Source: Phycisphaeraceae bacterium
GTDB lineage: Bacteria > Planctomycetota > Phycisphaerae > Phycisphaerales > UBA1924
Direction: 5' to 3'
DNA length: 64,000 nt
NCBI GenBank assembly: GCA_019636555.1
Contig: JAHBXH010000001.1
Location: forward strand, 1,582,928-1,646,927
A program made the position numbers and the translations under genes. Shown here one piece after another: positions 25,763 to 35,700 of the stretch. Position 1 is the stretch's first letter, and each line of letters begins with the position of its first letter. The notes below the pieces were generated by a model. The model searched no databases. It was not told the DNA's origin and saw nothing but the letters and a program-made list of their open reading frames with translations.

Positions 25763-26038
25763 ATGAAGAAACTGATGAAGGCAACGGGGGTATTGTGTGC
25801 CGCGGTGTTGTTGTGTTCGGGCACGCCGGCGCGCGCCGATGACACGACGCTTCCGTGTCCCGAGATTTGCATGGATCTTTTTAATTCGCTGGCTCAATAC
25901 GCTTTAGAGGAATACGAACGGAGTGCCACGGCCTGCGGGAATGATCCCTGGTGCATACTGGAGGCTTGGGCTATTTACGCGCAGAGGATGGAGATCGCCC
26001 AAGAGATCTATGGACAGTGTTGCCAGCTTATGAACTGA
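25763..26038 (+). CDS. small secreted Cys-rich protein (91 aa)
   Basis: GAAGGAG SD 8 nt upstream. Signal peptide MKKLMKATGVLCAAVLLCSGTPARA. The mature ~66 aa carry 6 Cys (CPEIC...CGNDPWC...CC). Confidence 0.55.
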   Translation: MKKLMKATGVLCAAVLLCSGTPARADDTTLPCPEICMDLFNSLAQYALEEYERSATACGNDPWCILEAWAIYAQRMEIAQEIYGQCCQLMN

Positions 26039-26333
26039 CCAGCGTTCTCGGGCGGTCCCACTCGGGAGTATCTGTGCTCGTCAAGACGGCGGGTGGTTCA
26101 GGAGCAAGATCTGCTTCAAACAAAATTTGTTGCATCCGAACCGGAAATCGGCGATAATCGTTGTATTGGAGTGCTCGCTCTCGCAACGGACGCCACTGGC
26201 GCATCGAACGAGTGCGGGTTCCGACGACCGCCGAGCGGACGCTTGTCGGGCGATGTGCCGCGGGTGACGGCCCGCGGAGGGAAAGTGCGGCGGCGTGCTG
26301 TACAGCGCGTGTCGGCTGCAAGGGCTTTCTCAA

Positions 26334-26383
26334 AAGGAGGTGATCCAGTGATTGATTCATGTACGCAGGGGCTGCGCGGCTAA
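26334..26383 (+). promoter_or_regulatory. 15-nt perfect Shine-Dalgarno (complement of 16S 3' end) plus 11-codon mini-ORF
   Basis: aaggaggtgatccag followed at ideal spacing by GTG ATT GAT TCA TGT ACG CAG GGG CTG CGC GGC TAA. A strong terminator lies about 65 nt downstream. Confidence 0.3.
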
Positions 26384-26445
26384 GCGCGGACTCGACGGAG
26401 TCGCGCAATGCGCGGCCCTACTCCTACGTAAAACAGAACGTAGCG

Positions 26446-26478
26446 CCGGCGGCCCCGAAAGGGCCGCCGGTTGTTTTG
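26446..26478 (+). terminator. rho-independent terminator
   Basis: ccggcggccc-cgaaa-gggccgccgg followed by ttgttttg. Confidence 0.7.
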
Positions 26479-26841
26479 TGAGACGGACTGATTCGGGCGA
26501 ATACCGCCGGTTGGGGATGAACTCTTGTCGAGTGCGGCACCGATCAAGCGAGCAAGTTCGCGCCGAACTGTGAGAGAGTGACGTAGAAGGGGTCTCGCCG
26601 TGGCCACCGGCCAGTTTGATTGCTGTCTGGGCGGCACAACAGACTTGGGCCGGGAGTCGTTCCGAGCCCGCGCCACTCATTATCGACGCAAGCGCGAGGG
26701 CCTGCCGCGGGACCTGGACATTGCTTCTTGTAGTCCGCAGCCAAATCGGGCGACGGGCGAACCTTGCCCATTTCGGAACCGCGAAGTAGGGCGTTTACCC
26801 CATGCGTCGTGCAAGCTCAAAGGGACGCCCGACGCTGACGT

Positions 26842-26896
26842 AAAAAAAACCCTGACATCGCGACGACACCCACCCCGGTGCCGTCGCGATGTCAGG
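26842..26896 (-). terminator. rho-independent terminator (minus strand)
   Basis: 15-bp perfect arms cctgacatcgcgacg / cgtcgcgatgtcagg. On the minus strand they are followed by T8 (complement of aaaaaaaa at 26842-26849). Confidence 0.6.
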
Positions 26897-27195
26897 ATCA
26901 ACATTCGCTCAGTTTCGCTCGACGGCTCGATTGAGGGAGCCATCGGCGAGCTGTGCGAACCGCCCCACCGGACCATTTTTCTTCGCCCTTCCACCGGTTT
27001 CGAATAGACTCATGAACCAGCCGGTCCAGGGTGACTGAGACGGCTATTCGAAGGTGAGAGCGCGCTGCCTTTTTCCAAGAAGTTTGCGGAGCAAGGGGGT
27101 AAATCTTTCACCGAACCGAGACTTTTTGGCGAAAAAAGGCGGGGTCAACAAGGGGGTGCTTTCTGGGCGAAAGAACCGGTCAAACGACGACCACG

Positions 27196-27771
27196 TTGCT
27201 CCTGGAGCAGCTGAAATCGGAGGGCAATCAGGAGGCGTGGCAGCGGGTAGACGAACGATTCAGGGGAATCGTTTTTGGTGCCGCTCGAAGGGTCGGGCTA
27301 GATGAAGCCGATGCCGCGGACGTCGCACAGGAAACCATGGTTCAGTGCCTTCGGGATTTCCGGGCCGGGGGTTACGATCGGGCCCGTGGCAGGCTCAGCG
27401 GGTGGATCATCGCGATCGCACACAATCGAATATCCGATGTCCTGCGTCGAAAGCAGCGTGCGAACCAGGATGTGGGCGACACGTCTCTGGTGGCTCTGCC
27501 GGCGGTAGACGCGGTATCCGCCGCCTGGAATGAGGCACTGCGCGACGACCTCTTTCGCCGCTCCTGGGAGCGTCTCCAGGCCGAAAGCGGGCAGAATCCG
27601 GCGACGATCAAGGCGTTCGAGCTCGCGGTGATCCGCGGCGTGCCGACGCAAGCGGTCGCGCAGGAGTGCGGATTAACTGTTGACCAGGTCTATTTGGCGA
27701 AGAATCGCGTGTCGGGGAAGCTTCGCGAGATTGTGGAAGAGATGACCAAGGCGTATGAGGACGGGCTATGA
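27196..27771 (+). CDS. ECF-type RNA polymerase sigma factor (copy 1)
   Basis: 191 aa. Region 2 (ADVAQETMVQCLRDF...GWIIAIAHNRISD) and region 4 (ECGLTVDQVYLAKNRVSGKLRE). TTG start. ATGA overlap with the downstream kinase. Confidence 0.85.
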   Translation: MLLEQLKSEGNQEAWQRVDERFRGIVFGAARRVGLDEADAADVAQETMVQCLRDFRAGGYDRARGRLSGWIIAIAHNRISDVLRRKQRANQDVGDTSLVALPAVDAVSAAWNEALRDDLFRRSWERLQAESGQNPATIKAFELAVIRGVPTQAVAQECGLTVDQVYLAKNRVSGKLREIVEEMTKAYEDGL

Positions 27772-30700
27772 GCAAGGCGTCCGAACCTTGCCCGGCTGCA
27801 TCCGAGCTCGACGCTTTCGCGATTGCCGAGTCCGCATCATGCGACGGGGAGCCCGACCGAGCGATTGCTGCCCATATCGAGACTTGCGGCGCGTGCGCGG
27901 AGTGGGTGCGCAATGCCAGGTTTGCGCGCGAATTCGGCGCGGCAGCAAGTACACGGGCGCTCGAGGATGATTCAATCGAGTTTTCTCGGCCGGAGATGCC
28001 GGGGTACGAAATCGTCCGCGAAATCTCGAAGGGCGGGCAAGGGATTGTCTACGAAGCGGTGCAGTCTCGTACTCGGCGGCGGGTGGCGATCAAAGTCCTG
28101 CGCCGGGATCATGGAATCGGGCGTGCACAGCGTGCGCGTTTCGAACGGGAGATCGAGATCGCCGCAGCTCTCCATCACCCGGGCATCGTGACGGTGTACG
28201 ACAGCATGGCGCTGCCGGCGGGCGGCCATGCACTCGTCCTGGAATTCGTGAACGGGATTTCGCTCGAGAGTCACTTTGATGCGCGTTCGCACGGTCCGCT
28301 GGACGTCCGAGCAGAAGTCGAATTGGTGGCACGGGTTTGCGACGCGGTTCACTACGCCCATCAGCGCGGCGTGATTCACCGGGATCTCAAGCCCTTGAAC
28401 ATCCTGCTGGACGCCGCGGGCTCGCCGCGGATTCTCGACTTTGGAGTTGCGCGCTGGTTCGGCGCATCCGCAACCGATCGCTCGGGCGTTACGCTGACGG
28501 GCGAGTTTGCCGGAACCCTGGCGTACGCGGCACCGGAGCAGGTGGCGGGCGAACGCGGACCTCCTGACTTGCGGAGCGACCTGTATGCACTCGGTGTGAT
28601 TCTGTATCAGGCTTGCGTCGGGAAGCTGCCGTACCAGGTTCGCGGTTCGCTCGAAACGGTGATACGGAACATCACGAACGCCCCGCCCGCCCGGTTGCCG
28701 CGGCCGAAATTGGACGAGGATTTGTGGGTCATTCTCAATAAGGCTCTTTCCAAGGACGCGGAGCGGCGGTATCAGTCGGGCGCGGCGATGGCGACGGATT
28801 TGCGGAGGTATTTGCGGGGCGAATCGATCGAAGCGCGGCAAGACAGCCGTTTCTATGTGTTGCGGAAGGCGATTTGGGGCCACCGATACGCCGCGTCGGG
28901 AGTGTTGCTGGCGCTCGTCGGGCTGCTTGCGCTGGGCGCGCGGATTCAGGCTCAGAACACTCGCCTCGTGGCGGCACTGCGCGAAAGCAATAACGAACAG
29001 GCTCGTGCGATGGGCGCCGCTGGAAACCGGCCGGCGGCGCAGGCGATGCTTGCATCTGAATTGTTGCGAATCGGAGACGCGATCGAGCGGCCCCAGGAGC
29101 TGATGTTTCGGGGCACTCCGGAGCAGCGGAGCGTGCTCTGGACCGGGGCCGAATTGCAGGCTTCACAGCCTTGCCTCGCGACGGTCATGCTGCCCGCCGA
29201 ATGGGCGACGGACGCCTGGTGGGAGCACGATCGCGTCTGCGTCGTGTCCGCCGATGGTATCGAACGGGAGCGGTCGCTTCCGGACTTGCGGTTGTTGTCT
29301 GAGCGAAAATTGATCGATCGTCCGGCGTTGGATCTCCTCTGTTCTCCCGGAACGGACCGGCTGCTCGTGCGCTTCGCCGACAAGATTCAGTGCATCGAGT
29401 CGAAAACCGGGACGGTGCTTGGTGAGACGCGCTACGAGTCGGATCTTCGAACGAGCATGACGCTCGCTCCAACGGGCGATTCATTGGCCGTCTGTTCTCG
29501 CGAGCGGGGCGTCGTGGTTTTCTCGCTGCCGGACTTCAACGAACTTCTCGAAGTTCGCGATGTCAGCATCCGCCAGCGCCCGTGGATCGGTGCGAAGGGC
29601 GACCGCGTTGCGGTTGTCAAAGAGGATGGTCGCTTGATGATCTTCGGCTTGGCTTCGGGAAAGCTGGAGAAGGAGCTGCTCGTCGTATCGCAGGGGCAAA
29701 TAAAGAAAGATCCGCACGGACCCGACGACCAGTGGAGAGTGACCGGAATCGGTTCCGGAGAAATGATGGCGGTCGGACGCAGGCGTCGGGTTTGGCTCGT
29801 CAACACATTGAGCGGACAGGTGCGCCCGCCGATTCTGACAACGATCGGAAACCTCGTTGAAGGAGTGTTTACAGAATCGGGTCGCTGGCTTTTGATGCAG
29901 TCCAATCAGGACTCGCGGGTCCAGGTCTGGAGCACGAAAGATTGGCAGGAACAGGCGACTCTGCCGGGCCATGCGGGGGGAACTTCATGCGTCTTTGTTT
30001 CTCCCGACGAGCGGTACATCCTGAGCGTGGACAACGCCCGGGTGATGAGGCTGTGGGCCGGGCCCGATGCGGGCTGGCGTCGAAGTCTTCCGGATTCTCC
30101 CGTCGGGGCACACGATTTGGCGCTCGATCCGAAGCGAGAGGCGATCACGTGCGCATTCAACCAAGGCACGATTGAAACCTGGTCGGCGACCGCGCCGGGT
30201 CCGCCTTCGATCGATCGGGTTGATCCGAAAGGGGTGTACACGGTTGCGTATTCACCAGAGTTCGACGTGACCGCCGCGGCAGGCTTGACCGGCGAGATCG
30301 TGCTCCTGCGAAGCGGCGAAGAGATCGCCCCGAGGTTGACGGTTCAGTCCGGAGTCTCGGTGAGGAGCGTTCGGTTCAGTCCGGATGGTCGTTACCTCGC
30401 GGCGAGCACCGATGGCGGGAGTGCGGTCGTCTATGAGACCAAGGCATGGTCAATCGTGTACAAGATCGATGTGACGACGGGGCGGATCGCGAGTGTGCGA
30501 TGGAGTCCGAAGGGTGACCGCCTCGCGCTTGGCGTCGGCGATGGGACTTGCAGGGTTTACTCGATACCGGATTTCCGGCTGCAAGCGAATTGGCACGCGG
30601 ACAGCAAGCTCTGCCGAGCGGCAGTTTTTTCGCCAGATGGGCGAGTCATCGCGACGACGGACGAAGCGGGAACAATCCGGATTTGGGATACCGATTCGTG

Positions 30701-30929
30701 GAAGTTGAAGCACGAGATTTCGGTCAATCAAGACGCGGTTTTTTGCCTGGCCTTTCATCCGGACGGACACATTCTTTCGGTGGGCGATCGCTCCGGCCGC
30801 GTGACGCAGGTCGGGATTCCCGAGGGCAAGGTGCTGGCGGGATTCAGCGTCGAAAGCCCGGTCATGGCGATCGAGTATTGCGGAACGAATCTGGTGGTGG
30901 GGTCGATCGATCGACCCGTGCAAGTGTGA
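27768..30929 (+). CDS. Ser/Thr protein kinase with N-terminal HxxxCxxC motif, one TM helix and C-terminal WD40 repeats (copy 1)
   Basis: HIETCGAC near the N-terminus. Kinase motifs VAIKVL, HRDLKPLNILL, DFGVAR, APEQ. A hydrophobic helix (GVLLALVGLLALG). Repeats such as FSPDGRVIATTDEAGTIRIWD. Confidence 0.9.
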   Translation: MSKASEPCPAASELDAFAIAESASCDGEPDRAIAAHIETCGACAEWVRNARFAREFGAAASTRALEDDSIEFSRPEMPGYEIVREISKGGQGIVYEAVQSRTRRRVAIKVLRRDHGIGRAQRARFEREIEIAAALHHPGIVTVYDSMALPAGGHALVLEFVNGISLESHFDARSHGPLDVRAEVELVARVCDAVHYAHQRGVIHRDLKPLNILLDAAGSPRILDFGVARWFGASATDRSGVTLTGEFAGTLAYAAPEQVAGERGPPDLRSDLYALGVILYQACVGKLPYQVRGSLETVIRNITNAPPARLPRPKLDEDLWVILNKALSKDAERRYQSGAAMATDLRRYLRGESIEARQDSRFYVLRKAIWGHRYAASGVLLALVGLLALGARIQAQNTRLVAALRESNNEQARAMGAAGNRPAAQAMLASELLRIGDAIERPQELMFRGTPEQRSVLWTGAELQASQPCLATVMLPAEWATDAWWEHDRVCVVSADGIERERSLPDLRLLSERKLIDRPALDLLCSPGTDRLLVRFADKIQCIESKTGTVLGETRYESDLRTSMTLAPTGDSLAVCSRERGVVVFSLPDFNELLEVRDVSIRQRPWIGAKGDRVAVVKEDGRLMIFGLASGKLEKELLVVSQGQIKKDPHGPDDQWRVTGIGSGEMMAVGRRRRVWLVNTLSGQVRPPILTTIGNLVEGVFTESGRWLLMQSNQDSRVQVWSTKDWQEQATLPGHAGGTSCVFVSPDERYILSVDNARVMRLWAGPDAGWRRSLPDSPVGAHDLALDPKREAITCAFNQGTIETWSATAPGPPSIDRVDPKGVYTVAYSPEFDVTAAAGLTGEIVLLRSGEEIAPRLTVQSGVSVRSVRFSPDGRYLAASTDGGSAVVYETKAWSIVYKIDVTTGRIASVRWSPKGDRLALGVGDGTCRVYSIPDFRLQANWHADSKLCRAAVFSPDGRVIATTDEAGTIRIWDTDSWKLKHEISVNQDAVFCLAFHPDGHILSVGDRSGRVTQVGIPEGKVLAGFSVESPVMAIEYCGTNLVVGSIDRPVQV

Positions 30930-31045
30930 GACTTTGCGATGCTTGGGCGCTGCGTGCGGAACGATGCGGAGTATCTTCGCAGTGCGAGTGAACGCGCGAG
31001 CGGAGAGTGATGAAGCGGGCTGCTCGTCTGCGATGAAGACGAGGG

Positions 31046-31828
31046 CTAAAACCGTTTGCGGCGCGATGCGAAGGCGGAGGTCGCAATAAACAACGCGAAG
31101 CCCGACGGAGACGGCACGGCCGTCCAGACGCGCACGTCCATGCCGCCGAACGCGCCGGGGTCTGCGAACGTCGGGTTCTCGTATTCCGAGGGCGCGAAAT
31201 TGCCGGGGTTCGCAGACGCGATCGAAGTACGGAACACGCCGGTTCCTTGCGTCATCGCGGTGGAACCGACGGTGGGGCCGGCGAGTGAGCCGTAACCGAT
31301 GGCGTAGAGGCCCGGGTCGGAACTCCAGACTCCGCCGCTGAGTGTTTCGAATGTGTAGGCGATTCCGATCGGGCCCAGGGACGACACGGTCACCGGGATT
31401 TTGAATTTCCAATAGGGGGTGTTGGGTGAAAGTCCGACGGGGTATCTCGCGGGCGAGAACCCCGGCGCGGCGCCCGTAAACGCGGTCTGGGAGAGGACGA
31501 CTTCCTCCGAGACGAGATTCGAGAAGACCAGACTCGAGGAAGGAGTAAAGGTGTCGTACACGCGGACACGCAAGCGCACTTCGCCGGCGTTGAACTGGCG
31601 AATACCCTCAAAGTAGAAACCCGCATCGACGCCGGTGATCGATCGTGACGGTGACGCAGTGGACAGATTGAGCGCCTGGCCGATCCATTTGAGCGAATAG
31701 GGAGCGACGACACCGGGCTTGTTGCTGCCGCCCAGAGTGTGGCGGCTGTTTTCGTAGGCGTTGAAATCGGCGAGTGAAACCGCCGGGCTGATGAGGCAGC
31801 AGGCGAGTGCGAATCGGAAAACCTTCAT
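31046..31828 (-). CDS. PEP-CTERM-anchored secreted protein
   Basis: AAGGAGAAG SD before ATG 31828. Signal peptide MKVFRFALACCLISPAVSLA. C-terminal VPSPSGFALFIATSAFASRRKRF is a PEP-CTERM-type sorting signal. Confidence 0.8.
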   Translation of the reverse strand: MKVFRFALACCLISPAVSLADFNAYENSRHTLGGSNKPGVVAPYSLKWIGQALNLSTASPSRSITGVDAGFYFEGIRQFNAGEVRLRVRVYDTFTPSSSLVFSNLVSEEVVLSQTAFTGAAPGFSPARYPVGLSPNTPYWKFKIPVTVSSLGPIGIAYTFETLSGGVWSSDPGLYAIGYGSLAGPTVGSTAMTQGTGVFRTSIASANPGNFAPSEYENPTFADPGAFGGMDVRVWTAVPSPSGFALFIATSAFASRRKRF

Positions 31829-32130
31829 TGTCTTCTCCTTGTGAACCGGCGCGCCGGCAAGAGAGGAAACGCCGGTGGGGGGTTGGCTCGGGTTCGAATT
31901 CGGCCAGAACGATCGGGTTGAATTGCGAGGCGTCGCACACCAAACGCCCTTGGATGCCTTCACAAAAGCCGGTAGACTGGTCAACAGCGGCGGTGGCTTC
32001 GGGGTCACCTGGTCGTTGGACCGATCGGCTTCTCTGGCAAGTCTGCGAGGCCGTCTCAGGGTTCTTGCGGCAATGGCCGGAAAAAGAGGAAGATTCCTTG
32101 GCGGTTGCGGGGGCACCCATCACGACGACC

Positions 32131-32706
32131 TTGCTGCTCGAGCAGCTCCGGGACGAGAGCAACCAGGCGGCATGGCGGACGTTTGACGAGCGCTTTCGCG
32201 ACGTGCTCTTTGGCGTGGCACGCTCGATGGGCCTTGGCGAGGCGGACGCGGCGGATGTTGCGCAGGAGACTCTTTTTCAGAGCGTGCGCGACTATCGCGC
32301 GGGAAAGTACGATCGTTCGCGCGGGCGTCTGAGCAGTTGGATCATCTCGATCGCGCACCACCGCATCGCGGACCTCCTGCGTCGGCGCGGACGTGACAAG
32401 GTCGCCGCGGGTGATACGACGATGCGTGAACTTCCAGCGGTGGAGACGGTGGCGTCCGCGTGGGAGGCAGCGCTGCGAGACAGCCTGTTCAGGCGGGCGT
32501 GGGAAAGTTTGCTCTGCGAGCAACGGTTTAGCGCGGGCAACACCCGAGCATTCGAACTTGTTGTGATACGCGGCGTGCCACCCGAGACGGCGGCGGAGGA
32601 ATGCGGGATTTCGGTGGACCAGGTGTACGTCGCGAAGAGCAGGATTTCTTCGAGGCTTCGGGAGATTGTGTCTGCGCTCAGCGCGGCGTACGAGGATGGC
32701 TTGTGA
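32131..32706 (+). CDS. ECF-type RNA polymerase sigma factor (copy 2)
   Basis: TTG 32131 gives a 191-aa protein collinear with copy 1 (LLLEQLRDESNQAAWRTFDERFRDVLFGVARSMGL...). GTGA overlap with the downstream kinase. Confidence 0.8.
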   Translation: MLLEQLRDESNQAAWRTFDERFRDVLFGVARSMGLGEADAADVAQETLFQSVRDYRAGKYDRSRGRLSSWIISIAHHRIADLLRRRGRDKVAAGDTTMRELPAVETVASAWEAALRDSLFRRAWESLLCEQRFSAGNTRAFELVVIRGVPPETAAEECGISVDQVYVAKSRISSRLREIVSALSAAYEDGL

Positions 32707-35700
32707 GTCGGGCCTGTCCGCCAGCCCGCGAAGTCGAGCGTTCGGCGGCGATGCCGGCGCCGGGTGCCGGGCTCGCCGAGCACCTGCGCACGTGCGAGCG
32801 GTGTCGCGAAATCTACGATGCCGCGAAGTTTGAAAGCGCGTTCGCGTCGGCGCTGCGGGACTCGCCGCGGCGAATCGAGAACGGCCCGCCGGAAATCGCG
32901 GGCTATGAGATTGTGCGCGAGGTGTCGCGCGGCGGTCAGGGGATCGTGTACGAAGCGATCCAGCAGCGAACCAGGCGTCGCGTTGCGATCAAAGTTCTGC
33001 GGCAGGACTACCCGGTTTCGCCCGCGAGCAGGGCGCGGTTCGAGCGAGAGATCGAGATCGCGGCGGCGCTCAAACACCCGGGGATTGTGGCGGTGTACGA
33101 CAGCATCGCGATGCCTCAAGGACGATTTGCGCTTGTCCTCGAGTATGTCGTGGGACACGAGCTGGACTACTCGATCGCTCCGGCGGGTGATGCGGAGCGG
33201 CGCGCCCGGCTCGAGCAGATCGCGGAGCTGTGCGATGCGGTTCACTATGCGCATCAGAAGGGCGTCATCCATCGCGATCTGAAGCCGTCGAACGTGATCG
33301 TGGACGAGACGGGGCGGCCGCGCGTGCTCGATTTCGGCGTGGCGCGATGGTCGAGCAATCTCGACGAGCAGCGGGGCAGGATCACGATGACCGGCGAGTT
33401 TGCGGGGACGCTGGCGTACGCGGCACCGGAGCAGGTGTCGGGTTCGGGCGGCCCTCCGGATCTGCGAAGCGACGTGTATGCGCTGGGAGTCATGCTCTAC
33501 CAGGCGACGTTCGGCGCGTTGCCGTACAGCGTCGAGGGAGTGCTCGACTCGGCGATCTGGAATATCGCGAACGCGCCGCCCTCGCGTCCGGCGGGTGGAT
33601 TGCGAGCGAATGAGGACCTTTGGACGATCATTCACAAGGCGCTCTCGAAGGCGCCGGAGCGACGCTATCAATCGGCTGGCGCGCTCGCGGCGGACCTCAG
33701 ACGGTATCTCGAGGGCGAAACGATCGAGGCGCGCAGAGACAGCCGCTGGTATGTGGTGCGAAAATCCCTGTGGAGGCATCGGGTCGGCGTCGGCGTATTG
33801 GCCGGAGTGGCTGTTGGGCTCGTGGCTTTCGGCATGGTGCAGACTCTGAGCAATCAGAGGCTGGGAGCGGCGCTGCGTACGAGCGCGATCGAACGCGCCA
33901 GAGCGCTCGGGGCCGCGGGATCACGCCCGCAGGCCGACGGAGTGATCTGGCGAGAATTGCTTTCGCTCGCCGACTCTCCGCTGGAGCTTGCCGAGGCTTT
34001 GTTTGGCGGCTCGTCCGACGAGCGCCGGGCACTCTGGGCGTTTTCAGAAATCCAAGGGGCGTATCCGTGTTTGAAATCGATTACACTCGAGAGCGAAGCG
34101 ACGGCTGCGAGTTGCAGCGCCGATGAGTGCATCGTTGCGACTTCGAACGGATTCATTCACCGATGGGCGATGCCCGGATTGACCCATTGCGAATCGATGA
34201 TCGTCGCGGACGCTGACTCGCGGATTCAGGCTGTTTCGAGCGCGGGTTGCATCGGCTTGGCTTTCGGCAATGCGCGGATGACCGTGTTCGATATCGCCAC
34301 CGGGCAAGTGCTTCAACGCGGCGAATGGAGGTCTGCGATTGCCGGGGCGAGGATGGACGCGAGCGGCAGCGCGGCGGTTGTGTGGAGCGATTTTGATGTG
34401 TCCGTCTTCGAACTGCCTTCCCTCAGGCGGATGTTTTCCGACTTTTCCGAACGAAGGGCTATAGGAATCAGTCACGAGGGCGATTCTACGCTGTACGTTG
34501 GTCGGGACGATGTTGCTCACGTCCATTCGGTGAAGTTAAACAAGGAGGTAGCAGCGTTCGGGTTCGGGCCAAATCACGATTCCATTGCGGAATACCCATT
34601 TGGGATCATGGGAACGAATCTCGGCATCTCCAAGAGCCAAAACCTTGGCGCGATAGGGTTCAGCCGGAATCTCGTTGTGTGCAATCTCGATACCGGTGAC
34701 CACATGCAGCGGTTTCGGATCACGAGTGGCGACGCCGCAGTGCCGATGTTCGCTCCGACGGGCAGGTGGATAACTGTTTCGTCGGCCGGCGACCCAAATG
34801 TCGAGATTCTGAGAACTTCGGACTGGTCGAGGCTCGCGATGCTTTGCGGACATGAAGGCGGCGCCAGAGTCACGGCGATCGCGGATGATGAGAGTTACGT
34901 GATTACGTGCGACTACAACCGGAGTCTTCGCTTGTGGCCCAGGCCGGGGTCGGGTGCGTGCGCCGACCTCGAAGACTCGATCGTTCAGCCGCACGATATT
35001 TCGTTCGACCGAGCAAGCCGGGAAATCTGGGCGTCGGACAGCCGCGGATTTGTCCGCTGCTGGGGCGGACTCGGGCGGCGAGAGCCGTGGATGCTACGCG
35101 CGGATGCAGCGTGCGCGACGACATTGGCGCGAGCGGCGACGAAGTCCTTGGGAGCGGCAGGTGGTTTCGATGGCGTGCTGAGCGTCTTCAGGACGAGCGA
35201 TCTCTTTTTGTTGCGATCGATTCACCTTGAAGGAGATGGCGGCATTGCGCACGCCCGCTTCAACCCGGAAGAGTCACTTCTCGCGGTCGGGATGCGAGGG
35301 GGCCGAATTGCTCTCCTCCGAACGGATTCCTGGGAGCAGGTTGCGGCAACGAGACTCGCCGTCGCAAGGCTCGTGCAGCTCCGGTGGAGTCCGAACGGGG
35401 AGTTTCTTGCGGTTGCGGCGGCGAACGGCAGGTGTCATGTCCTCGACGGAAGGAGCCTGCGTCCGGTCATTGACTTTGAGTGCCACAAGCCGAGGTGCCG
35501 CGCAGCGGAGTTTTCTCCGGACGGGCGATTACTCGCGACGACGGGCGACGATGGAATGGTTCGGTTATGGAATAGCAAGACATGGAAGCTCGAGCGCGAG
35601 ATCGGGTTTGGTACGACCGTCGGATACGCGCTCGCCTTTCACGAAAAAGGAAAGGTGCTCGCTATCGGCGACCGAATCGGTCGTTTGACGATCGTGGACG

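Noticed and set aside
26334-26348. Relic of a 16S rRNA 3' end on the minus strand (ctggatcacctcctt)
   Set aside because: The flanking minus-strand sequence does not continue the conserved 16S helix 45 region (gtcgtaacaaggtagccgta...). Only the 15-mer matches, so it is treated as an SD-like element instead.
26368-26480. tmRNA-like 5' end (GGGGCTG...ACTCGACGGAG)
   Set aside because: No matching 3' acceptor/T-arm (no GGTTCGA-type loop or complementary ...CAGCYCCACCA) within 300-450 nt on either side. No tag ORF ending in an ALAA-like sequence. The similarity is limited to about 20 nt.
26093-27007. ORFs 26093..26383, 26352..26573, 26600..27007 (plus) and 26028..26408, 26680..26994 (minus) as protein genes
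   Set aside because: Their composition is Arg/Cys/Pro-rich and non-protein-like. They have no SD or family motifs, and several run straight through terminator hairpins.
27014-27019. Shared TGAACC (-35-like) motif upstream of both ECF sigma genes (also at about 31843)
   Set aside because: It is only a hexamer with no shared -10 (CGTC-like) element at consistent spacing. That is too weak to call an autoregulated ECF promoter.
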